DNA of 51,151 nucleotides, from assembly GCA_018659145.1 (NCBI GenBank), contig JABJNB010000079.1:1-51151 (forward strand). The letters run 5' to 3'. The notes under the pieces were generated by a model. It saw only the letters and a list, made by a program, of their open reading frames with translations. It was not told the origin of the DNA and did not search any database. Position numbers and translations under genes: made by a program. Below are positions 8,001-17,473 of this stretch, piece by piece. Numbering within the stretch: position 1 is the first letter of the stretch; every line of letters begins with the position of its first letter. The stretch comes from Rickettsiales bacterium. GTDB lineage: Bacteria > Pseudomonadota > Alphaproteobacteria > Rickettsiales > JABIRX01.

Positions 8001-10964
8001 GTCAGTGTACTTTTGTGATAGCAGGCTGCTTTGCTCTAGCCAAGAACGGCCATGAATGACGGCCTTCTCTAGGTCGTTACAAATATCACCACCCTTACTT
8101 AAAAATGCAAATGCTATAGGGCGCTTATCGAGCAACAATAATTGCTTTGACAACAATAAAAGGCCATTTATTTGTTTATTAGATGATAACGGATTTGTAA
8201 GAGACAGAGTTTCAGTAAGAGAGTCGCGTTGAGCTCTCAAAGACTGGCAGGCACTCATCAATTCTTGCGCTGACTTCTGAAAGTCATCCTGCCAAATTGG
8301 GGACCAATCTCCTTTGCTTATTGCTGTAAATGGGTGGTCTTTTATTACCCCAGCTTCACTTACTCTTACAACCAACCTTTTAGTTAGCTCTCTAATACTT
8401 TCTAAGTCATCTTCAGAATGTGCGTCTGTAGTGCTCCAGCTAAGTGAAACAAAAGGCATATTTTTATCGGTGATGATTCTACCCAAGGCTTTATGCGGAC
8501 TAAGTCCATTTCGGTAAGTGCAGTGAAGCCTCTCAGGGTATTCATTTAACTTTTCGCGCAAAGTAGCAAGTTTATCGGCCTCTTTTTGCCAAACGTCTTC
8601 TACAGCTCGTTCTGCAGAATTCCATGCCGTTCCTAGCTGCATTAAAACATCTTTTTTATTTGCTTTTGACGAATGTAATTCCAGGCAAAAGTCCGCTAAA
8701 CCTATATCACGAAGCCTCCTGTAAACTACATCAAGAGCTGCCATCTTCTCTGACACAAAAAGAACGGTTTTTCCCATCGCCATTAGTTGGACAACCATGT
8801 TGGTAATGGTTTGTGATTTTCCTGTTCCCGGAGGGCCAACAAGAACAAAGTCTTTCCCCTCAGATGCTGCATATACAGCTGCCATTTGGTATGCATCAGC
8901 CGATAATGGACAAAAGGTTTCTTGTGGGTGATATTTTTTATCTAATGAACTAACTTCAGGGAAGCTCCCTTGGTCACGATACGGCTCTTGCGGGGTATCA
9001 ATCAAGTGCTTAACAACAGGATTCTCTTTGAGAAGCTCTTCGTTGTCTTGTAGGTCTTTCCACATTAGGTACTTAGAGAAGGAGAATGTAGAAAGAACCA
9101 CTTCTTCTGTAACTTCCCAACCTTTTATATCCCTAATTGCAGCTCTCAGAATTTGTAAAATTTTTGGTATATCAAGCCCAGAATTATCTTTAGGCAACTC
9201 ACCTTCTAGCAGCGGAATGGATATCTGGAAGTCGGCCTGCAGCATTTCAATCAGCGTTGGATTAAATATTGGCTCATCATCACGCATTACGAGTTTAAAT
9301 CCGGCTTGAACACTTTTACGCTCAAGAACGACAGGGATAAGTATTAAAGGAGCCTTCCACACTTTATCAGAAAGCTCTGACTCTTTCCAATGTAAAAAGC
9401 CAATTGCTATAAAAAGTGTATTAGCTCCACCTTCTTCTAAGTCATGCCTTGCAGCTCGGTAAAGGTCGACAAGACGTAGTCCCATCTCTTCTTCCTCAAG
9501 TTTTATGAGCAGATCTTTCTTGCTAAGAGCTAGTTTAGCATATTCTTTTTGCGCATCCTTGTTATGCCTTTCTTCAAACAGCTCAGCGCTCCTAGGGTCA
9601 CTTCCTCCCATAAGCTTAGGCATTGAAACTAATTTAAGTTTTTGGTCAGCAGCAAGCTTATCCTCAAGCTCTGCAGGATTGTGACTATAAATAGGGATGC
9701 TTTTCTTTGTCGACTTAAAATTTAACAAAGGGTTACGCTTTGTTAAATCCAGAAGGCGATGCTTCCATTGCTCGATACGCGCTGAAGTAGTAAGTGATTC
9801 AGAGGTCTCTGTTGAAACATCTATTTCATAAATTGTATCTAACTCTTCTATTTCAGCTCCGGCAGAGGTAACGTAATTATCTTGGTTGCCTGGCACCTTG
9901 TTATGTAATCCCGAAGGTGCTGAGTTATTATCCATTAAGGGCCTTATATGCCCCATCCTTGACCTGTGAATATCAACAGCACATTCAAACAAGTCTTCTT
10001 CATCTAGTTTGTTTTTGGCAACTTCAATAGCAGTCTTTAGGGAAGGAACTGGTGATTGCGTTAGAAGGGTCGTCTCTATTAGAGTTAACTCACCCAATTG
10101 TTGACGCTTACGGATAGCCTGAGGGTCGCTTACTACAGAAGTTGAGAAGTCCTCTTCTATAAGCCAACAGCCAACAAAGCTGTGACCCTTTGTAAAAACA
10201 AGTAATGGGTTTAGTCCGCACTGCTCTAGGCACGCTGCCATAAACAAGGTAAGGTCAAAGCAAGTAGCCAGTCCCGATTCTAGAATTCGTCCCGGCATCC
10301 TAACCTTCTGACCAACATATTCAAAACTTGCTGGAGGATTAGAGTAGTCTAGGCCTAACTTAGTAATAGCATTATATATAGCTGAGACCTGCATATACAC
10401 ACTGTTTCGGTCTTTACTTTGATAACCATCAAGGCTAACATTTTTGCCCGATTTCTTCAAAATTATAGCAGCATCTTTTAAAACCTTATCTATTACAGGG
10501 TCATTAGGGCGGCAAAATGCAGCTGTTAATTCCGGCAAATGATCCATACCACCCCATTCATCTGGAGCCAGTATCAGTACCGTATGTTCAGTTTTGTCCA
10601 AGACTTCTCCGTTAGCTTCGACGGTAAGTATGACCGTCCCTCGAACTGCCTCTTGGCACTCAGCAAGATATTTTCGAGACAGTGAGACATCTTTGTTTTT
10701 AGGAGACACTGACTGACCTGCGTTTATACGCTCAACATGCCACTCCTTTTCTTCCAAAAAAAGTGGGTCAGACGCAAGCTTTATTACGATATTTTCTAAC
10801 GCATATTCTTGATTATTGTAGAATTTTAAACTTTTTAAGAATGGAATCTCATTCTGCTGCTGAGCTAAATTAACCTTATAAGTGAAAATTGCTTCCAGCG
10901 TTTTAGGCAAAGGAGCATTTTCTTGAGGTTCGTCGCTTATTACCAACGCATTGCCATTAGTCAT
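5043..10964 (-). CDS. DUF4011 + SF1 helicase + Vsr-like nuclease + DUF3320 protein (Hhe-type antiphage defence)
   Basis: WKHRLLDLTKRNPLLNF (DUF4011), GPPGTGKSQT, DEASQ, GDPKQLPPT, HYRS, QGDERD, RRLNVAITRAR, ECDGATYH..ARDRD..LGWEILRIWSTDW. Confidence 0.9.
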   Translation of the reverse strand: MTNGNALVISDEPQENAPLPKTLEAIFTYKVNLAQQQNEIPFLKSLKFYNNQEYALENIVIKLASDPLFLEEKEWHVERINAGQSVSPKNKDVSLSRKYLAECQEAVRGTVILTVEANGEVLDKTEHTVLILAPDEWGGMDHLPELTAAFCRPNDPVIDKVLKDAAIILKKSGKNVSLDGYQSKDRNSVYMQVSAIYNAITKLGLDYSNPPASFEYVGQKVRMPGRILESGLATCFDLTLFMAACLEQCGLNPLLVFTKGHSFVGCWLIEEDFSTSVVSDPQAIRKRQQLGELTLIETTLLTQSPVPSLKTAIEVAKNKLDEEDLFECAVDIHRSRMGHIRPLMDNNSAPSGLHNKVPGNQDNYVTSAGAEIEELDTIYEIDVSTETSESLTTSARIEQWKHRLLDLTKRNPLLNFKSTKKSIPIYSHNPAELEDKLAADQKLKLVSMPKLMGGSDPRSAELFEERHNKDAQKEYAKLALSKKDLLIKLEEEEMGLRLVDLYRAARHDLEEGGANTLFIAIGFLHWKESELSDKVWKAPLILIPVVLERKSVQAGFKLVMRDDEPIFNPTLIEMLQADFQISIPLLEGELPKDNSGLDIPKILQILRAAIRDIKGWEVTEEVVLSTFSFSKYLMWKDLQDNEELLKENPVVKHLIDTPQEPYRDQGSFPEVSSLDKKYHPQETFCPLSADAYQMAAVYAASEGKDFVLVGPPGTGKSQTITNMVVQLMAMGKTVLFVSEKMAALDVVYRRLRDIGLADFCLELHSSKANKKDVLMQLGTAWNSAERAVEDVWQKEADKLATLREKLNEYPERLHCTYRNGLSPHKALGRIITDKNMPFVSLSWSTTDAHSEDDLESIRELTKRLVVRVSEAGVIKDHPFTAISKGDWSPIWQDDFQKSAQELMSACQSLRAQRDSLTETLSLTNPLSSNKQINGLLLLSKQLLLLDKRPIAFAFLSKGGDICNDLEKAVIHGRSWLEQSSLLSQKYTDNGVGVNDKDLSEQWSAAENSWWLKAISLRYSVQKAMKQASSGAEKPDPSCVQGDLSAIALMKSEAESLDELSGECPELGKLWQGVKTDWTAIEGIIAWARKTSEVLPQLAGDNIESLLQLRQKLHLLVSEGQDLLVDNGTINQNLMSYIEAFERYNKASDSLNSLVTADLKKDDNLTGDVLLSIEVAIQGWLDNLVKLKNWCSWRSLRDEAISKELFPLIEAIEAGSVSPNEIPNVFEHSYRKWWVTHIVSGDPVLRDFVGAEHERLIDDFKTTDDSYTKMTHKYIRTKLSGGMPVRNSSSAQSRGTEWGMLNRQLEMKRPSKSLRSLLSELPNALTKLTPCLLMSPMSIAQYLSAGGRKFDVVIFDEASQIPVWDAIGAIARGSQTIIVGDPKQLPPTAFFSKKSNNDDDDDDDDDLMKDMESILDECKAARIPTHQLNMHYRSRHESLITFSNHKYYGGKLVTFPSPVTKDSAVSYHHVPDGVYEKGVRVNRLEARAVVRKVVEWLTDAEFNKKKWTIGIVTFNQTQQKLIEDLLDVERRKNQKLEYHFSTERIEPVFVKNIENVQGDERDIIIFSLTYGPDAAGKLSMRFGAINNDGGERRLNVAITRARNALQVFGKLQAHDIDLSRAKGKGLVDFKHFLEFAERGHQALAEAMSIPSGEMDSVFEEQVAAALIEKGWAVHAQIGVSGYRIDLAVVNPDAQGSYLAGVECDGATYHSSATARDRDKLREGVLRGLGWEILRIWSTDWWYDAEKCTNAIDEKLKQILFNDRNKAHDDEAKDAVLVIEEDGAEIEIDTNINDNGCIEVKESDIPFYITSKPREIVNNIIPDDFHEMSENQNIQKMVEHVVSTEGPVALELLANRISRAYGFKKTGRRILERVSKFTTNFKSTKEGEQIFIWPEGTSQDSYKLFRITREGISPTRTAEQITLIELNLLAEYIRITDFPVDRTQHIKQMADYLGYKRVTEKMRDRLMKALELKIK
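6750..6776. repeat. (ATC)9 perfect trinucleotide repeat encoding nine Asp
   Basis: Read directly; protein SNN-D9-LMK. Confidence 0.95.
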
Positions 10965-11251
10965 ATCATATATTCTCTATGATTATGTTACTCTGAACAT
11001 AGTATTAATATAATTCTACAGATACCTATAAACCGTATATAAATAGAACTCCAGAACAACTTTGAGCAGAATTATGTATTAGTTAATTTATGTACATTTT
11101 TAATACGCTCATTAATAGATGTTTTTCCAGCGGCTATTGATGAGTATGAAAGTCCTTATAAAAAGATACAACGTCTATTCATAATAGTTATTAAGAGCAA
11201 TATAAGAAAAAATGAGATTTTACGAAAGTGATTTAGACCCAAGCTATACAA

Positions 11252-11328
11252 TGGTGGGCGGTAAGGAATTCGAATCCCCGACCTCTACGATGTCAACGTA
11301 GCGCTCTAACCAACTGAGCTAACCGCCC
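11252..11328 (-). tRNA. tRNA-Val(GAC)
   Basis: GGGCGGT acceptor stem, D arm GCTC/GAGC, anticodon arm CTACG-TTGACAT-CGTAG, TTCGAAT T-loop, encoded CCA; 77 nt. Confidence 0.95.
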
Positions 11329-11393
11329 CTTATATAAAGGAATAAAGCTTTATAGAGCGAATAGATCCTTTGTCAAATGTTATGAAAATGAAT

Positions 11394-11464
11394 GTAGGGG
11401 CGGGGTTCTACCGCCCGAAAGCATCGAGTTCGGTCTACCAAGGGCGGGAGGACCCCGCCCCTAC
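11394..11464. repeat. REPIN-like element (inverted pair of GTAG REPs), copy 1
   Basis: GTAGGGGCGGGGTTCTACCGCCC ... GGGCGGGAGGACCCCGCCCCTAC, 23-bp arms with 2 mismatches. Confidence 0.85.
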
Positions 11465-11469
11465 GACCT

Positions 11470-12183
11470 CTACCGAAGTAACAATTCCAAATAATTCCCT
11501 ATATCCAAAGCAATATAATGAGTATGCAGTGGGTGATTATTAATTTTTAATGATATCTTGGATTTATCTACAGGTATTAATTCTTTATTTGGGAGATCAG
11601 AATAAATTGTTTTAATAACCTTATGATTTTCATCCAAAAAGGTAATACGTAAATCCGGCGTATGCTTATTCTCGTCAGAATTATTTACAACATAACCAGC
11701 CATAACTAGCTGATCCTTATGAAATACAGAATCTTTGGATATTGTTATACGCTCAATTTCAACTCCCCTATTATCATGAATTCCTATAAAATTATAGAAT
11801 TTGGCCGAGGTCGGAAAAAGATAGGTAATGGTAGATCGGTTATTAATCACAAGTAATGATGTGGTTAAAAATACTAAGAATAAAAAAATAATTTTTAATT
11901 TTAATGGAATTTGATCAATAAAATTTATTTCCTCCGTCGCCTTAACACTCATAAGTTTTGTTAAACTGACAATTCTCTCACTTTGATCCAACTGCTTCTG
12001 CTCCTTAACCTCACTTTGCCTTATCTGAGATGGAGACATAACTTTAGGGGGCATTACTCGCTTTACTTCCCACTCATACTCACATTTACCACAATGAAAG
12101 ATTCTGCCTTGATTTTTGACAGCATTTGCCTCATATAAATTGAGCCTAAACCTGGATGCACATTCTGGGCAGGTGATAATCAT
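11470..12183 (-). CDS. MJ0042-type zinc-ribbon membrane protein (DUF3426-like)
   Basis: MIITCPEC..RF..CGKC..W zinc finger, one TM helix, periplasmic C-terminal domain. Confidence 0.8.
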   Translation of the reverse strand: MIITCPECASRFRLNLYEANAVKNQGRIFHCGKCEYEWEVKRVMPPKVMSPSQIRQSEVKEQKQLDQSERIVSLTKLMSVKATEEINFIDQIPLKLKIIFLFLVFLTTSLLVINNRSTITYLFPTSAKFYNFIGIHDNRGVEIERITISKDSVFHKDQLVMAGYVVNNSDENKHTPDLRITFLDENHKVIKTIYSDLPNKELIPVDKSKISLKINNHPLHTHYIALDIGNYLELLLR

Positions 12184-12204
12184 ATTAACTAACTAAAAAA
12201 TCTT

Positions 12205-13038
12205 ATGGAACTAGCTAGCCTTATAAACGAAGCTTTTGATTTCGAACACAAAAATCTCGAAAATAATATAACAGAAATAAAAAATGCTGTTGATGAAACA
12301 TTAAAACAAATTGATTCAGGTAAAATTAGAGTTGCCGAAAAACAAAATGGTGAATGGATTGTTAATAGCTGGGTAAAGAAAGCTATTCTATTATCCTTTA
12401 GAGTTAATCCGATGAAGCTGATTGATGGCGGGCCAGGATCTAATAACCAGCAATCTCCATGGTTTGATAAAGTAAATTCAAAATTCCTTGGCTGGAATGA
12501 AGAAGATTATAAAAATGCTAGCTTTAGATCAGTGCCAGGATGCTTTGTTAGATATGGTTCATATCTTGGAAAGAACGTAGTTTTAATGCCATCTTTCATA
12601 AATCTTGGAGCTTATGTAGATGATGGGACTATGGTTGATACATGGTCAACTATTGGCTCATGCGCGCAAATTGGTAAAAACTGTCATATCTCCGGAGGCG
12701 TTGGAATTGGTGGAGTCCTAGAACCACTGCAAGCAAGTCCTGTAATTATTGAAGATAATTGCTTTATCGGAGCCAGATCAGAAATTGCTGAAGGTGTTAT
12801 CGTTGAAGAAGGTAGTGTTATTTCTATGGGAGTATTTCTTGGAAAATCTACAAAAATTGTTAATAGAGCCACCGGCGAAATAACCTATGGCCGAGTTCCA
12901 AAATATTCAGTTGTGGTGCCCGGGTCTTTGCCAAATGCAGATCCAACTAAACCAAGCTTAAATGCTGCCATAATTGTAAAGCAAGTTGATAGCCAGACTA
13001 GGTCAAAAACATCAATTAATGAATTATTACGTGATTAA
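12205..13038 (+). CDS. dapD: 2,3,4,5-tetrahydropyridine-2,6-dicarboxylate N-succinyltransferase
   Basis: [44 protein letters not shown]. Confidence 0.96.
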   Translation: MELASLINEAFDFEHKNLENNITEIKNAVDETLKQIDSGKIRVAEKQNGEWIVNSWVKKAILLSFRVNPMKLIDGGPGSNNQQSPWFDKVNSKFLGWNEEDYKNASFRSVPGCFVRYGSYLGKNVVLMPSFINLGAYVDDGTMVDTWSTIGSCAQIGKNCHISGGVGIGGVLEPLQASPVIIEDNCFIGARSEIAEGVIVEEGSVISMGVFLGKSTKIVNRATGEITYGRVPKYSVVVPGSLPNADPTKPSLNAAIIVKQVDSQTRSKTSINELLRD

Positions 13039-13045
13039 AATTATC

Positions 13046-13114
13046 GTAGGGGCGGGGTTGTCCCGCCCCTAAAAACCACATTCGATGCTTCTGGGCGGGA
13101 GAACCCCGCCCCTA
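13046..13114. repeat. REPIN-like element, copy 2 (inverted relative to copy 1)
   Basis: GTAGGGGCGGGGTTGTCCCGCCC ... GGGCGGGAGAACCCCGCCCCTA between dapD and dapE. Confidence 0.85.
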
Positions 13115-13135
13115 AAATTTTATCAAGGAGATAAC

Positions 13136-14269
13136 ATGTCAAATAACCTCATAACCACAACCCAAGAATTAATGAGATGCAAATCTGTAACCCCAGCAGA
13201 TGATGGAGCTATTGATTACCTAATCTCGCTACTTGAGCCAATGGGATTTACTTGTCACAAGATGGTGATGAGCGAAGAAGGTTATGCCGATATTACAAAC
13301 CTCTATGCTCGCATTGGAGATTCTGGCAAGAACTTTGCCTTTGCTGGCCATACAGATGTAGTACCAACAGGTGAAGGTTGGGCCAGTGATCCTTTTGCTG
13401 CAGAGATTCGAGATGATGTTTTATACGGACGTGGAGCCGTTGATATGAAAGCTGCTATTACATGCTTTATTGATAGTTTAAAAGATTACTTATCTGACAA
13501 CAAATTAAAGAACTCTTTCTCACTAATTATCACCGGAGACGAAGAAGCAATTGCTGTTAATGGTACTCCTAAGATCATCAAATGGCTTGAGGAGCGGGGC
13601 GAAAAAATTGACTTTTGTATTGTCGGGGAGCCAACATCGGACAAAAAAATTGGTGATATGATTAAAATCGGCCGCAGAGGTAGCATTAATTTTGACATAA
13701 TAATTCATGGGACCCAAGGTCATGTTGCTTATCCAGAGAAAGCCAGCAATCCTATTACGACCCTAGTTAAGATTTTAAATTTATTAATCGATTATGAGTT
13801 TGATGAAGGTAATGAGAATTTTAGCGCCACTAATTTGGAAGTTATCAGTGTTGATGTAGGCAACACCGTAACCAATCTTATTCCAGCAGATGCTAGGGCA
13901 AAATTTAATATTAGATTTAATGATGAATACTCATCACAAGATATTATTAAACTTATTGAATATACTCTCGAGAAATGCAGTGGCAAATACACAATGAATT
14001 ATCGGGTATCTGGCGAGTCATTTTTATCTCAAAAAAGTTCTTATGCAGACTTAGTTGGCAATGCAATTGCTGAGGTTACTGGAATTACAACAGAGTTCTC
14101 AACTTCAGGCGGTACATCAGATGCAAGGTTTTTAAAAAGTATTTCTCCTATTTGCGAATTAGGCCTTAGAAATAAAACTGCTCACAAAGTGGATGAATGC
14201 GTTCCTATTGCCGACCTAGAAACTTTGCATAAAATTTATCTCTCCATCATTACAAAGTTAGATTTATAA
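13136..14269 (+). CDS. dapE: Succinyl-diaminopimelate desuccinylase
   Basis: FAGHTDVVP, GRGAVDMK, TGDEE, GEPT, GRRGS, GHVAYP, GGTSDARF; start moved to ATG 13136 behind AAGGAG because the upstream ATG lies inside the REP. Confidence 0.95.
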   Translation: MSNNLITTTQELMRCKSVTPADDGAIDYLISLLEPMGFTCHKMVMSEEGYADITNLYARIGDSGKNFAFAGHTDVVPTGEGWASDPFAAEIRDDVLYGRGAVDMKAAITCFIDSLKDYLSDNKLKNSFSLIITGDEEAIAVNGTPKIIKWLEERGEKIDFCIVGEPTSDKKIGDMIKIGRRGSINFDIIIHGTQGHVAYPEKASNPITTLVKILNLLIDYEFDEGNENFSATNLEVISVDVGNTVTNLIPADARAKFNIRFNDEYSSQDIIKLIEYTLEKCSGKYTMNYRVSGESFLSQKSSYADLVGNAIAEVTGITTEFSTSGGTSDARFLKSISPICELGLRNKTAHKVDECVPIADLETLHKIYLSIITKLDL

Positions 14270-14299
14270 CAAAAATTACTATTTATAGAGGGGGATGAA

Positions 14300-14770
14300 T
14301 TATGCTTTTTCAAGAGCCCCAACTCGCTTCTCAATATCTTTATAACTACGCACATTATCCATTAATTTATAAAGGCCTGTAAGCTTCCTATAGACTCTCC
14401 ATACCAAGAATAATAAGAAAATAATACTGCATGAGAAAATAGCGCTGATAATCTTTGCTATCATTATTGCACGCTCAGCACGCGCCTTTAATGTTTTAAC
14501 TATTTCGATTTCTTGCATAATCTGAGCTAGACCTTTCTGAACTTCGTCACCAAGTTTCTCTTCATAAGATTTTAGCTTTTTTTCAATCCGCCCCTCAGCC
14601 CCTTCAATCTTCTTCATCACTTGTGCCTCAATGCCATCAGCTATAGAATCCAGCGATACCCCAGCTTTTGCATCATTTTTAATCTTGCCTAAAGCATCAT
14701 CAAAATCAAAAGCAAAGCTATTACCAGATAATAATAAAGCTAGAATAAATGTTGGAATTAATTTTTGCAT
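14300..14770 (-). CDS. Hypothetical exported coiled-coil protein with C-terminal TM helix
   Basis: Signal peptide ending SFA-F, heptad-like helical middle, hydrophobic segment near the C-terminus. Confidence 0.7.
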   Translation of the reverse strand: MQKLIPTFILALLLSGNSFAFDFDDALGKIKNDAKAGVSLDSIADGIEAQVMKKIEGAEGRIEKKLKSYEEKLGDEVQKGLAQIMQEIEIVKTLKARAERAIMIAKIISAIFSCSIIFLLFLVWRVYRKLTGLYKLMDNVRSYKDIEKRVGALEKA

Positions 14771-14857
14771 AATCTTGAATCATTTGTTAGCAAACCATCA
14801 TTAACGATATGCAAGACAACTATCAAGATTAATTTTATGGGCCTGTCTCAAAAAAAA

Positions 14858-14914
14858 ATTATACAAAAATAATACATATTTTAAGAAGGAAAAAATTTGT
14901 GACTTTGATTCGAG
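14858..14914. repeat. 57-bp dispersed intergenic repeat, copy A
   Basis: Aligns ungapped to 32267-32323 with 6 mismatches. Confidence 0.75.
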
Positions 14915-15286
14915 CCAAGCCATTTATGAACAACAAAGTTCTAATTCCAAATAATAGTGAGATTGATTATGCTTAGGCTGTTACAATTGGCAACCATATC
15001 AATGCCCCTTGGAAAGTGATAGGCAATACCAAGTTACTCAAAGTTACATAAGAAGTAGAAAATTATTTTAAAAAACTCATACCTTTCTGAGCCCATTTAT
15101 TGCTGATTGTAGTCCAACCAGATTCACGCTTTGAACCCATTGAATTTGCGGAGTAATCCCGGGAGACCATAACAGACTCTTTCGCAACTATATTATGACA
15201 CAAGCTGCAAAGGTCATCCCTACTTGAACTGGTGCAATTCGAAATAACTTGAGGAAGTAATGCAGGGATAACATCCTGCACATAGA

Positions 15287-17401
15287 TTAATTGCTCTTAA
15301 CAACACCAATTTTGGTTATTGCAATGCCAGCTGCCTTAGCAGCTTCTAGTAGCGCATTACTGTCACTACCAGTTGCAATATATCTCGCCTGATCTTCAGC
15401 GAATAAATATTGATTTAATGGCATATTAGCTTCCGACTCTGTGATAGTAAGATCATAACCAAGCTTACCAAACTTAGCCATTTTATAAACCAATGTTAAA
15501 ATTCCACCATCCGATACATCATTAACAGAAGTCACAATAGCTTGATCTATTAACTTCGTAATAAAATTAGCCGTTTTAAGCTCAGTTGCCAAATCAACTG
15601 CTGGAGGAAGACCCTCTTCCGAATTTGAGATTTGCTTTAAATAAATTGAACAACCTAAATGACCTTTTGTCTCGCCTATAACAAAAATATCTTCACCTTC
15701 ATTTACAAAATAGTTATTTGGAATTTTATTAATGTCAGAAATAAGACCCACACCACCAATATTTGGTGTTGGCTGAATACCCACTTGATTAGTTTCATTA
15801 TACAAAGAAACATTTCCAGAAACAACTGGATATTTCAGATACTTAGACGCATCTTTTATAGCGTTAATTGAACTTACTATCTGCCCCATAATCTCAGACT
15901 TTTCAGGATTCCCAAAATTTAAACAATTAGTAATCGCAAGGGGTTTAGCTCCTTGCACGATCAAGTTGCGATAAGTCGCAACCACCGCCTGACTAGCCCC
16001 CATATAAGCATCTGCTGCAACATATCTTGGATTACAATCAGTTGTAACACTCACAGCTTTATCCGTGCCATGAATTCTTACAATTCCAGCGCCTATGCCT
16101 TGAGACTTAAGCGTATCATTCATCACTCCGCTATCATATTGTTCATAGATATGATTTTTTGGTGTTAAATTTGGATGAGCTAGAATCTTAATTAAATTCT
16201 CATCAATCTTAGAATCTAATTTTAAATCTGCATTTATCTTAGAGTCAGCTTTTGTAAAATGATGTGGCCTTTGATATTCTGGAGCACTATCAGCGAGTGG
16301 GCTAATAGGTAGATCAGCGACTATCTCACCTTTGTGACGCAGGATTAATTTTTGCTCTTCAATGATAGTTCCTATCTGATGACAATCTAAATCCCATTTG
16401 CTAAAAATTTCTTTCGCTAAACTCTCTTTACCAGGCTTTAGCACGATAAGCATTCTTTCCTGACTTTCAGATAACATCATTTCAAATGCCGACATGTTGC
16501 TTTCCCGTTGCGGCACATTATCTAAATTTAAATCAATACCAGCCCTTCCATTACTCGCCATCTCAATTGCAGATGAAGTTAAGCCCGCGGCTCCCATATC
16601 TTGGATAGCTAAGATCGCATCATGCTGCATTAGTTCTAAGCAACTCTCAATTAATAGTTTTTCTTTAAAAGGATCTCCAACTTGTACGGTTGGTCTTTTG
16701 CTAGCCGACTCATCATCAAATTCCTGTGATGCCATAGAAGCCCCATGAATACCATCGCGCCCCGTCTTAGCACCAACATACATGACAGAACTACCAACTT
16801 CGCTTGCAGCAGAATAAAATATTTTATCAGCTTTAGCATGACCAACACACATAGCATTAACCAAGATGTTACCGTTATAAGATTCATGATAGGTTGTATC
16901 ACCTCCAATATTTGGCACACCAACACAATTACCATAACCACCCACTCCAGCTACAACGCCAGATTCTAAAAATGCAGTTTTTTCGTGATCAATGTCACCA
17001 AAAAATAAACTATCCAAGACAGCAATTGGTCGAGCGCCCATTGTGAAAACATCCCGCAAAATTCCACCAACACCAGTTGCAGCACCTTGATATGGCTCAA
17101 TAAATGATGGATGATTATGACTTTCCATCTTGAAGATAATCGCATCATTATCACCAATATCAATGATTCCGGCATTCTCACCCGGACCACAAATAACCCA
17201 ATCTTCTTTAGTATGTAATTGCTTTAAAAAGTAACGCGTAGATTTGTAAGAACAATGCTCACTCCACATTGCCGAGAAAATCCCAAGCTCTGTTAAATTC
17301 GGCTCTCTACCAATTAGTTCAATAATTTTTTTATACTCGTCAACTTTTAGCCCCGTTGCTGCTAAAAAATCCGAAATTTCACTTTGTAACGCTTGCTTCA
17401 T
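15287..17401 (-). CDS. purL: Phosphoribosylformylglycinamidine synthase subunit PurL (small type)
   Basis: [53 protein letters not shown]. Confidence 0.96.
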   Translation of the reverse strand: MKQALQSEISDFLAATGLKVDEYKKIIELIGREPNLTELGIFSAMWSEHCSYKSTRYFLKQLHTKEDWVICGPGENAGIIDIGDNDAIIFKMESHNHPSFIEPYQGAATGVGGILRDVFTMGARPIAVLDSLFFGDIDHEKTAFLESGVVAGVGGYGNCVGVPNIGGDTTYHESYNGNILVNAMCVGHAKADKIFYSAASEVGSSVMYVGAKTGRDGIHGASMASQEFDDESASKRPTVQVGDPFKEKLLIESCLELMQHDAILAIQDMGAAGLTSSAIEMASNGRAGIDLNLDNVPQRESNMSAFEMMLSESQERMLIVLKPGKESLAKEIFSKWDLDCHQIGTIIEEQKLILRHKGEIVADLPISPLADSAPEYQRPHHFTKADSKINADLKLDSKIDENLIKILAHPNLTPKNHIYEQYDSGVMNDTLKSQGIGAGIVRIHGTDKAVSVTTDCNPRYVAADAYMGASQAVVATYRNLIVQGAKPLAITNCLNFGNPEKSEIMGQIVSSINAIKDASKYLKYPVVSGNVSLYNETNQVGIQPTPNIGGVGLISDINKIPNNYFVNEGEDIFVIGETKGHLGCSIYLKQISNSEEGLPPAVDLATELKTANFITKLIDQAIVTSVNDVSDGGILTLVYKMAKFGKLGYDLTITESEANMPLNQYLFAEDQARYIATGSDSNALLEAAKAAGIAITKIGVVKSN

Positions 17402-17473
17402 TTTGTAATCAATATTAGTGCTGGGCTAAGCTACCCTACATTCTTACTGATTTCAAGCAACCATTAGGTCATA

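Noticed and set aside
11108-11144. Inverted repeat CTCATTAATAG-N15-CTATTGATGAG between the Hhe-type gene and the tRNA
   Set aside because: AT-rich stem with long loop and no U-tract; no function can be assigned
13085-13135. N-terminal extension of DapE in the ORF track
   Set aside because: Encoded by the REP element; the AAGGAG RBS supports ATG 13136
15063-15281. 72-aa ORF downstream of purL
   Set aside because: GTG start inside a hairpin, no clear RBS, no recognisable motif and not a PurL continuation
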